From the IMG/VR virus record IMGVR_UViG_3300036766_000359, positions 128,973-192,972 of that record: a DNA stretch of 64,000 nucleotides. One strand, 5' to 3'. Shown here one piece after another: positions 47,224 through 55,301 of the stretch (positions are counted from its first letter, which is position 1; each line of letters starts with the position of its first letter). The notes beneath the pieces were generated by a model. The model ran no database searches, was not told where the DNA came from, and saw nothing but the letters and a program-made list of their open reading frames with translations. The translations under genes and the position numbers were made by a program. This DNA is from a virus.

Positions 47224-47654
47224 GTGAATCTGAAACACCCGTGCATCCGCTGCCGACCGACTTCTCGCTGCACTACTCGTACATCGTGAACCAACTCACC
47301 GGCACGTTGCACAAGGCTGAGTTGGAGTTTGCCGCCGCGCTGATCATTAGGTGGCACAAGCTACACAGCAGCGAGACTTGGATCGGATTCTCCCGTGATG
47401 ACATCGCTACGCTGTTCAATCCGGCCAGCCCAGACCCAGGGGTGCTGGAGTACCAAGGCAACCCATTCTGGAAGCCCGACCCGATGGGCTTGGTCGAGAA
47501 GGGTTTCGTGGACGGCTGGGACTACGGGCCAGAGAACGCTCACATGATCGGGCGATTCACCGATAAGTTCTTTGAAGCTGTAGCAAAAGAGTGGACACGA
47601 CGCAGCCCGAGCTGGAGCACGTTAGGTCGCGCAAAGAACAAAGTGGTCACATGA
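47220..47654 (+). CDS. hypothetical protein
   Basis: ATGA coupling. Confidence 0.55.
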   Translation: MSESETPVHPLPTDFSLHYSYIVNQLTGTLHKAELEFAAALIIRWHKLHSSETWIGFSRDDIATLFNPASPDPGVLEYQGNPFWKPDPMGLVEKGFVDGWDYGPENAHMIGRFTDKFFEAVAKEWTRRSPSWSTLGRAKNKVVT

Positions 47655-47888
47655 TGCAAATGATTCGAGATCCGCTGCTTACTTGGTTGCGATCTAAACG
47701 GAACGTTTGGCATGCCGGTAGGTGTGCGAAAAACAGGCACGCTTGGCAGTGGGGCCTAGTACCCGCGTCTGGAATCAAAAGTGACGCGCTCATACGGATG
47801 GATTGGCTTCGCGGTTTTGACGGTCGGATTACTCCCGTGGCGATCTACTCGCGTTGTAAGCATTGCCAGTGTCTAGGAAAGATGCCCA

Positions 47889-48113
47889 ATGATTTGTAGG
47901 AATCACGAGTGGGTACGTTCATCTCGTCCTTCCCGTACGATACTCACCGCGAAAGCAGGACTCCTGATATGGCGTTGGACTTGCCACGAATGTGGTTCTA
48001 AGCTTGAGAAATCTGACACTCATTCCGTTTACCCGGTTGCTCAGGACTGTATCGAACACGACGTTTTGATCAACTGTTCAGAACAAATAATTCGCATAGT
48101 AACGGATTGCTGA
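47889..48113 (+). CDS. HxW..CxxC..C small protein, tag variant (IRIVTDC)
   Basis: NHEW...WTCHECG...INC. Confidence 0.6.
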   Translation: MICRNHEWVRSSRPSRTILTAKAGLLIWRWTCHECGSKLEKSDTHSVYPVAQDCIEHDVLINCSEQIIRIVTDC

Positions 48114-48143
48114 AACAATCTTCGGCGTACTTTATGATTTGGT

Positions 48144-48383
48144 ATGAATATGCCGAACCAAGAAGAGTGGAAGAAACATCTGAAAGTCTTAAAGACCAAG
48201 AGGAATCTTCATACTCGTCAGAATAGACTCATAAAACTCGTTCATCGCGGACGTGATAGGTTTCGTCAAAACAAGAAAGCTCAGTTGGAGTTACGTCGTG
48301 TGGTTTCTCTATGTTTTCGACTTGGGGAAAAACTTCATAATGAACTACAAGAAGAATTTGTCGAAGGGGTGATGGAGTCATGA
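48144..48383 (+). CDS. basic protein with tag (VEGVMES)
   Basis: ORF track. Confidence 0.6.
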   Translation: MNMPNQEEWKKHLKVLKTKRNLHTRQNRLIKLVHRGRDRFRQNKKAQLELRRVVSLCFRLGEKLHNELQEEFVEGVMES

Positions 48384-48432
48384 ACGGAAAGCGCGTGGCC
48401 GATCTATCCATAAAGCTCGTTGGAGGGTCTAT

Positions 48433-48807
48433 ATGACCGTTGAAGCAATGAACAACTTCGAGGTCGTGGTCGAGGCCAGAAGTTCACAAGCGCTGGGCAT
48501 GGCGTTGGACCTTGTCATGTTGAGTCACAGCAGGTTTGTGGCGTGGCGAATTACCACGCCGCCAGTGCTGGAGCTATACTGGTCCAAGCCTCCGCACACA
48601 CCGGTTCAAGACTTCATGGCTCCGCTTACTGCGCAAGGTGTCCTTCCTAATGTGCTTCAATGGCTTGAGTCTGTAGAACCCACCAAACCCAAACCCGATA
48701 TCGACGGGTCTGTGTCCAAGGGCTTTCGGCTTACATCCGATTGTAAAGAAGGCTGGTCCTACGTAGCGTGCCGTATTATGCCCATATGGGCTCTGCACGG
48801 GAAGTGA
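48433..48807 (+). CDS. hypothetical phage protein
   Basis: GGAGG RBS. Confidence 0.6.
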   Translation: MTVEAMNNFEVVVEARSSQALGMALDLVMLSHSRFVAWRITTPPVLELYWSKPPHTPVQDFMAPLTAQGVLPNVLQWLESVEPTKPKPDIDGSVSKGFRLTSDCKEGWSYVACRIMPIWALHGK

Positions 48808-48810
48808 CTT

Positions 48811-49041
48811 ATGGATGATGGATGGCAGTACACCGTGAATGGTACGTTCCGGCACATCGATGGTTCTGGTGTTTTGATGTTCATCAAAGGTAAGGAAGGA
48901 GACACATGGGTTTGGCCAAATGAAAATGATGGCGATGTTCAAGTGCTATATACTTGGAAAACCAAAGAAGACAAAGATTGGGATTTCAATAAACAGACAG
49001 ATAACTTAAAAGACGCAATGCATAGAGCTATGAATGGATAA
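48811..49041 (+). CDS. hypothetical protein
   Basis: ORF track. Confidence 0.5.
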   Translation: MDDGWQYTVNGTFRHIDGSGVLMFIKGKEGDTWVWPNENDGDVQVLYTWKTKEDKDWDFNKQTDNLKDAMHRAMNG

Positions 49042-49459
49042 AATGCCAAACCAGTCTAATAAAGTTTCCGCCATCCATCAGTGGGTCATACATTTAAGTT
49101 GTATAACAAATGATTGGGAGTCCGTTTGCGGAATCAAAGACCCGCAAATGCTCATGGATAAGGTTCCTAAGGAAATCCTCGATGGATATCGAGTATGCCC
49201 CCACTGTTTAAATCAGTCAATCAGTCAATCGGAGCAAACTTGATCCCTTCGGGTGGAATTTTGTTTTCCCACCCTTGACTTATTCGCATTCTTTCAAAGA
49301 AAAAAAGCACGATCGGGTCTTTTGAACCCCGCAGTGGTTCAACCACTTGGTTTATTTCATCTGCCGTTAAGCAGACAGTAGTTTGAGTGATACCTGGTAG
49401 CTTAAATGTCATCATTTCTATTCTCTACTTGTTACTAAACCGATAAAAAGACTTTACGG

Positions 49460-49681
49460 TTGGACTATTCCACTGTACATTTTTACATGAAAATTGACAT
49501 CGACACAACCGTTCGCCATAATGCGGGCAAGGTGATCTTAACGAACGCAAAGTTTCAATGTACGAGATGTAACAGGTGGAAGCCCGCTGGTTTATTTGGT
49601 CTTCGACAGATGCCAAATGGATCCGTAAGGAACCAGCCACAATGTGTTTCTTGCCGAGCCAAAAAACCTTCGAAAATTTAG
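49460..49681 (+). CDS. small Zn-finger protein
   Basis: CTRC...CVSC. Confidence 0.5.
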   Translation: MDYSTVHFYMKIDIDTTVRHNAGKVILTNAKFQCTRCNRWKPAGLFGLRQMPNGSVRNQPQCVSCRAKKPSKI

Positions 49682-49703
49682 TATCACCTAATCTTTGTGA
49701 AAT

Positions 49704-50204
49704 TTGATTGGACTGACTGCCCTTATGACTATCGAAGAAATCGAAACCGAACTTGGGACGCGTATACTACTGTTGACACACGGTGGATCGCTCAAAGTAA
49801 CGCATACCAACAGTGGGTTGGTTCAGATTTGCGTAGGCGGAATCAATCCGCTAGAGTTGACATTTGACTCACGAGAAGCACTTACACTCATCGAGTTTCT
49901 AGCTATTGCGCTGAAGCCAAGCTCAAATAATCAAATCATAACTCTGAACGAAGAAAATAATGGCGACGGAAAATGGACACCCAAATGTGGGTTGTCTCCG
50001 TACAGAGTCATCTGTGCATCTAGCCATGAGTGCGGCAAGCAATATCTAACGTTCCGTGCGTATGAAGATCAACTACATGCACAATGTGATCGTTGGGCAT
50101 GTCCGGAATGCGGCTACGAAGCAACTTGGGATAGCGCATGGTATGAAGGATATGCAGAAGAGATCAGAATCGAAGAATCCTCGAATAGAAAAAAGTTTAA
50201 ATGA
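49704..50204 (+). CDS. hypothetical protein with C-terminal Zn ribbon
   Basis: C...HEC...CPECG. Confidence 0.5.
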   Translation: MIGLTALMTIEEIETELGTRILLLTHGGSLKVTHTNSGLVQICVGGINPLELTFDSREALTLIEFLAIALKPSSNNQIITLNEENNGDGKWTPKCGLSPYRVICASSHECGKQYLTFRAYEDQLHAQCDRWACPECGYEATWDSAWYEGYAEEIRIEESSNRKKFK

Positions 50205-51538
50205 TCCCGAGATACTCACCACCCGATATTTTTGAGATATGGTCGGATTCACACCGATTGTCCTTGTGGACATCAATAGAACTTGCCGCTTGTTTGGCTA
50301 TGGAGAATCACGGGATTGTTCCATCCGGAACTTCGGCGGTCATAAGGTCCGCAGTATACTTCGACGACATATCTGGAAGAACTTTTTCACGGTTGAGTTT
50401 GCGTCGTGTCGCAGACCTCGAAAAGACGACACATCATGATTTCATTGCCTTTCTTGCTCACCTTGAGGAACTGGCAGGCGACCCGGCTCGATGGATTCAT
50501 CATGGGATGACTTCGAGTGACGTCGTTGACACCGCTCTCGCCATTCAGATCAGAGAAGTTTCTGATCTACTTCTTCAGCGAATATTTAAGTTTTCCGAAT
50601 CATTAGCTAACCGCGCTTCTGAACATTCGTCGACTCCTATCGTCGGTCGTTCTCACGGGATGCACGCTGAGCCTACTACAGTCGGATTCATCCTTGCTGG
50701 CCATCGCGCTGAAGTTTTGCGCGCTTATTACCACTTAAAAACTGCATCTGAGGGGATTGGAGTAGGGAAGTTATCTGGTGCTGTCGGCACGTATGCTCAT
50801 TTTCCTCCGGAAGTGGAAGAAGAGGTTATGCACTCTTTCGGTCTCCGACCAGAAAGTGTATCAACACAAGTCGTAGCTCGTGACAGGCACGCCGCTTGGA
50901 TGCAATCTCTCGCTCTCGTAGCCTGTTCGATTGAACGTATCGCTCTAACGATTAGACACTGGCAACGCACAGAAGTTGGAGAAGCAGAAGAGGGATTCAA
51001 ACCTGGTCAGATGGGGTCTAGTGCGATGCCGCATAAGCGGAACCCTATCGTAAGTGAAAATTTATGTGGACTTTCACGTTTGGTAAGGGGATACGTAGGT
51101 CCAATGTTGGAGAATTGCACGCTTTGGCATGAACGTGACATTTCTCATTCATCCGTCGAAAGAATCGCAATACCTGATTCATCCTGCATTCTTGGTCACA
51201 TGCTAGACCGTGCGATCGATTTGATTGATAATCTGGTCTTTTTCCCTGAAAGAATGTCTCGGAATCTTGAAATGTCAGGAGGGCTTATTTTCTCTGAGTC
51301 AATCCTTCTTGCGTTGATTGACCTTGGATGCCCGAGACAAGAGGCTTATAAAGCCGTACAACGCTGTTCAATGATGTCTTGGAATGGTGAAGGTTCATTC
51401 CGCAGTTTACTATCTTCTGACCCGTACACAGGTCCAAAAATTGGTAAAAATCTGGACGACCTGTTTGATGCAACACTTGCAACAGCCCACATGCCTCTAA
51501 TCGTTAGGCGGGCTCTCGACATTAAAATTATTAAATGA
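50201..51538 (+). CDS. purB: adenylosuccinate lyase
   Basis: MIPRY start, HDFIAF, IH.G.TSSD, GRSHG.HA.PTT, GSSAMPHKRNP signature, WHERDIS.SS.ER. Confidence 0.95.
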   Translation: MIPRYSPPDIFEIWSDSHRLSLWTSIELAACLAMENHGIVPSGTSAVIRSAVYFDDISGRTFSRLSLRRVADLEKTTHHDFIAFLAHLEELAGDPARWIHHGMTSSDVVDTALAIQIREVSDLLLQRIFKFSESLANRASEHSSTPIVGRSHGMHAEPTTVGFILAGHRAEVLRAYYHLKTASEGIGVGKLSGAVGTYAHFPPEVEEEVMHSFGLRPESVSTQVVARDRHAAWMQSLALVACSIERIALTIRHWQRTEVGEAEEGFKPGQMGSSAMPHKRNPIVSENLCGLSRLVRGYVGPMLENCTLWHERDISHSSVERIAIPDSSCILGHMLDRAIDLIDNLVFFPERMSRNLEMSGGLIFSESILLALIDLGCPRQEAYKAVQRCSMMSWNGEGSFRSLLSSDPYTGPKIGKNLDDLFDATLATAHMPLIVRRALDIKIIK

Positions 51539-52917
51539 CTATTCGACACTCATACTATGATAAAATTTGGCTCGATATCGCTGATGTCGTTGAATCAGAC
51601 AAAATCGCATTCACGAAGCGATGCATGAGTATTATCTCAGCTCTCGACCTTAGTATATCATCTCCATCGGAGAAAAACAGAGAGGTATATGAATGTGCCA
51701 TCAAACTAATTAATCTTCCGGATGTAATAGCATTAGAACGTTTCGAAGAGATTGATCATAGAAGTAAGCGTGAAGCACTAAGTCGTGAAACTCGTATTAA
51801 GTTGGCACATCGAATTGAATTGCGCCGATTTTATGCTGTGCACTTGTTTGTTCAAATGTGTGGTAGACTCAGTAGTTCTACCGATACCTTGAGTCATTTT
51901 ACTCAAGTGATTCTTGATAAATTCAATAAAGACGCTTTAGAAATGGGATATAGTAAGCAGGACGCTCGAGAAAATGCGACCACACAAACGATTTTTCATT
52001 TTAGTCTTGCGTTGTTTGCAAATAACGGACGACCAACATTTGTTCCAAGTTCTGGTTTAACAGAGTCACTCATCTACACTGAGTTTCGTGATGTTCCATC
52101 GGAGATGGTTCAACTTCCACACCCAGCGTTGTTCATTGAAGCCCCACTAAAATCGGGCCTCTTCATTCCAAATGCAGAAAGTGGGTTACATGAACTATAT
52201 GGCGCATTCGTTGTTGCACATAACGAACTAAATGAATCAGATGAGTTTAATGAAAATAAAAGACTTCAAATAGTTCTTGTCGGGCACCCGAAAGAATGGG
52301 GGAAGGAAACACATAATCAACTGACGGCCAATAATCATCTATTTAACGATGCACTATTTCATTTCAGCATCATCTTAAAGCCACACTCCACCGTTGGTGA
52401 TTGCATCAAAGGAACGGTTGATGGTCTAGATGCATGGGATGGTGTTTTAAATGATGATCGGAGGTCAGTTAACTCGATGGGCGATTGGATGGGTGAAGGT
52501 TTCGAAAATTGCGTAAGATTTGTACTTAACACCCTGTTGTATATAACGTTGCCCGACACGGAAATTGACTCGGTATTTTCAGACTCAGATATACCTGATC
52601 TGATGACGAAGTTATCTAAAGCACCGAAGGGCTCTAAGAAGCGTTCGACCATCAACGAACAACTCAAGAAGAAAAGTCACCATAAATACATGCTTCTTGG
52701 TTCTTCAGTTAAAATTGACCGTTCTTCCAGGACAGAAAGTGGCGAAGCGCACGCGAAAGGACATAACCACAAACTAAGTGTGGCGTTTATTCGACGGGGT
52801 CACTGGAGGAATCAACCGTTCGGTATGGGTCGTAAACAAACACGGATCAAATGGATTAAACCGACGATGGTAAACCCCGATGGACCCATGAAAATCACGA
52901 CTTATATGATCGAATAA
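51535..52917 (+). CDS. large hypothetical protein with C-terminal RRGHWR motif
   Basis: FIRRGHWRNQPFG...KWIKP.MV tail. Confidence 0.7.
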   Translation: MTIRHSYYDKIWLDIADVVESDKIAFTKRCMSIISALDLSISSPSEKNREVYECAIKLINLPDVIALERFEEIDHRSKREALSRETRIKLAHRIELRRFYAVHLFVQMCGRLSSSTDTLSHFTQVILDKFNKDALEMGYSKQDARENATTQTIFHFSLALFANNGRPTFVPSSGLTESLIYTEFRDVPSEMVQLPHPALFIEAPLKSGLFIPNAESGLHELYGAFVVAHNELNESDEFNENKRLQIVLVGHPKEWGKETHNQLTANNHLFNDALFHFSIILKPHSTVGDCIKGTVDGLDAWDGVLNDDRRSVNSMGDWMGEGFENCVRFVLNTLLYITLPDTEIDSVFSDSDIPDLMTKLSKAPKGSKKRSTINEQLKKKSHHKYMLLGSSVKIDRSSRTESGEAHAKGHNHKLSVAFIRRGHWRNQPFGMGRKQTRIKWIKPTMVNPDGPMKITTYMIE

Positions 52918-53541
52918 TCATTCAGTGATTTCATCAAATGATGGACGTTTCATTATTTGTGGGTCAGCTTTTAGTTCAGGAGGAGTAGAATCTGCTGCAG
53001 GTTCCTGAGGGTCATCACTTTGAAATTGTTCCATCATTGTGTTCTGATTCTCAACAAACATATCATGGATTCCCTGAGGGAAGTTCATTGGCTGAGCAGC
53101 ACCACTAACAGGTTGTCTTCGTACTGGTTTTCGTACTGGTTTTCGTACTGCACCGGCACCTTGACCCTCCGGTTCCGGCAATGGTTCTGGTTCTGGTTCA
53201 GATTTGATTTCTGGTGTTGTTGGCGTAAAACCTGAGTTTTTCATACCTTCCAGATAAGCTCGTAGAGCAACAATGTCCTCATGCATCTGAACATCGTTCT
53301 TTGATAATTCTTGAACCCTCTCAGTAGTCCAGTCAAAACTTTGCTTTACGGTCGTTGTGTCGGTAGGTTTAAACCAACTACCAATTGCAGTTGCGAGAGC
53401 TGCGACAGCAAGAATTATATTTCGATAGGCATTTAGTTTATCAACAAAATGCCTACCTCTTTTCGTTGGTGGCTCACTTTTTGTGCTTTCGTTTTCACCA
53501 ACTTCGCTTTCCGATTTAGTTTCTTCAGGTACTTCAGGCAT
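52918..53541 (-). CDS. membrane-anchored coiled-coil/Pro-rich protein
   Basis: single hydrophobic helix IILAVAALATAIGSW. Confidence 0.6.
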   Translation of the reverse strand: MPEVPEETKSESEVGENESTKSEPPTKRGRHFVDKLNAYRNIILAVAALATAIGSWFKPTDTTTVKQSFDWTTERVQELSKNDVQMHEDIVALRAYLEGMKNSGFTPTTPEIKSEPEPEPLPEPEGQGAGAVRKPVRKPVRRQPVSGAAQPMNFPQGIHDMFVENQNTMMEQFQSDDPQEPAADSTPPELKADPQIMKRPSFDEITE

Positions 53542-53670
53542 ATCTATACTCTTTCGTTGTAAATTAATTGTTTGGTGACGTATAAAGGGAAACGCCTACA
53601 ATGACATACATGAAACTAAACCAGTTACGAATAAAACAGAACATGAATGAAAAATTGAATAAAGTTAGCA

Positions 53671-53964
53671 ATGATCTCTATTGAGGACATAGCTGATACC
53701 GAGGTCCTTGACAAGGAACTATGGGATATCCCAGGACGGCAGCGCGTGCAGTTTCGCAAGGATCTTCGGGCGCGTGGGTTTGAGCTTGCGCGAGAGTGCT
53801 GGTGTCACCCAGCTCATTGGCGCGTAGAGGAATATGACTTTGGTCCTGAAAGGGGTCGATACTGCGTGATTTCCGAGGCGTACGTACCACTCACAGCGGC
53901 GGCAAAAATGTGGCGTAAAAAAGTGATCGCTGAATGGAAGGAACAAGATGGGACGAACACTTAA
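53671..53964 (+). CDS. hypothetical protein
   Basis: ORF track. Confidence 0.55.
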   Translation: MISIEDIADTEVLDKELWDIPGRQRVQFRKDLRARGFELARECWCHPAHWRVEEYDFGPERGRYCVISEAYVPLTAAAKMWRKKVIAEWKEQDGTNT

Positions 53965-54847
53965 ACGAGTACCGATGGATTTTAACTGGCCGCTTGGCCA
54001 GGTTTGGGGCGGGTATATAAATCCGTACTACGCGCAGTCAACACCGTGCCCCGAGTGTGATGGCGCTGGCGGTTCGAAGGAATACCGGCATTTCTACGAG
54101 CAGTGGTACGGCAACGCGCCGTTTGATCCTGTCGCCTACGGCGCTACTCCGTTATCCTTGAACAGCGCACATCTGCTGAGAATCGCGGAACATCAATGTG
54201 AACGCACGCCTGATTACTACGGCACCGGGGAGTACGCCGTGCGTCGCGAAGTTCGTAGGCTTTACAACCTGTGGCGTAACCAGTGGACGCATCACTTGAT
54301 CCAAGCCGACGTGGATGCGCTCTTGGAAGCGGGGCGTTTGATGGACTTCACTCACGTGCCTCGTACGGACGAGCAGCGGGAGATCGTGCGGGCCAAGATC
54401 GCAGCGGGCGGTAACTCTTGGTTGCCTGAGCCCAGCGGCTATCGGCCCACTGCTTATGAAGTCAACGAGTGGTCCTTGGACGGCATGGCACACGACGGGC
54501 TCAACGCTTATGTGTGTTGCCGAGCACGTTGTGCTCGTGAAGGCGTGCCTGATAAATGCCAGCGTTGCAAAGATGAAGGCCAGTTCTGGCCTACGCCTGA
54601 GATCGAGCGTTTGTACGAGGCTTGGTCGGAGACAGAGCCGCCCACTGGCGAAGGTTACCAGCTCTGGGAGACAACCTCGGAGGGCTCACCCAAGTCGCCT
54701 GTGTTCACATCAATAGAGGAGCTGTGCGCGTGGTGTGCGGACAATGCGACCACGTTCGCCAGCTTCAAAGCGAGTGCTGATGAATGGCGCAAGATGCTCG
54801 ACGAAGACTTCGTGCACCACACGACCGGTCACATGGTGTTTATCTAA
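53948..54847 (+). CDS. hypothetical phage protein
   Basis: MGR..KRVP.DF.WP start; GEGYQLWETTSEGSP.SPVF tail; two CxxC. Confidence 0.75.
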   Translation: MGRTLKRVPMDFNWPLGQVWGGYINPYYAQSTPCPECDGAGGSKEYRHFYEQWYGNAPFDPVAYGATPLSLNSAHLLRIAEHQCERTPDYYGTGEYAVRREVRRLYNLWRNQWTHHLIQADVDALLEAGRLMDFTHVPRTDEQREIVRAKIAAGGNSWLPEPSGYRPTAYEVNEWSLDGMAHDGLNAYVCCRARCAREGVPDKCQRCKDEGQFWPTPEIERLYEAWSETEPPTGEGYQLWETTSEGSPKSPVFTSIEELCAWCADNATTFASFKASADEWRKMLDEDFVHHTTGHMVFI

Positions 54848-55069
54848 ATGAGCCGAAAAGGCCAACCCTTCGTGCTGTGTCGGTTACGGGCCAAGGGAGG
54901 ATTGGTTCCTAAAAGCCGTCGATGGAAGGTGACGTGTCGCTACGAAATCCAAATCTCTGCGCGTAAGCTAGTCCCCGCCGTTCGAGTTCGGTGCTTTCAT
55001 AGCGGGGCGGCTGTGTGTATGCACTTCACGGAAATCGAATTCAACCGTCTGTTTGAGATGATCACCTAG
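54848..55069 (+). CDS. hypothetical protein
   Basis: abuts previous stop. Confidence 0.4.
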   Translation: MSRKGQPFVLCRLRAKGGLVPKSRRWKVTCRYEIQISARKLVPAVRVRCFHSGAAVCMHFTEIEFNRLFEMIT

Positions 55070-55135
55070 CAGAACATTTTCGTAAATTTCGTAATAAAAT
55101 TTGTACCGGTTGGTGTAGAATTTAAAATGGACGCT

Positions 55136-55278
55136 TGTAAGAGATTGCTGTCGCTGAAATTGGGTCGCCTCCACGGCCTAAAGGCGAGGTGTGAACAACA
55201 CGCTCGCCAAGTAGATGTGAAAACATCTACGTTAACCTTCGGGTTAGATTTCATCCTGGGCAACAGCAATCTCTTACA
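55136..55278 (+). ncRNA. candidate tracrRNA/scaffold RNA for the type V effector
   Basis: 16-bp terminal inverted repeat, GAAA and UUCG tetraloop hairpins, 11-nt anti-repeat ATTTCATCCTG (55248-55258) plus CTCCA (55169-55173) complementary to the repeat. Confidence 0.65.
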
Positions 55279-55301
55279 GGTGTTCAGTGTGAAGAGGTAG
55301 T

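Noticed and set aside
2446-48383. Tag as an integron attC-like or other DNA recombination site, or merely a TCATGA stop/start overlap
   Set aside because: No conserved inverted repeats follow the ORFs. Ser uses TCN and AGT, many tagged genes end in TAG/TAA with no overlap, and the -7/-4 hydrophobic pattern is at protein level. A minor contribution of coupling is not excluded.
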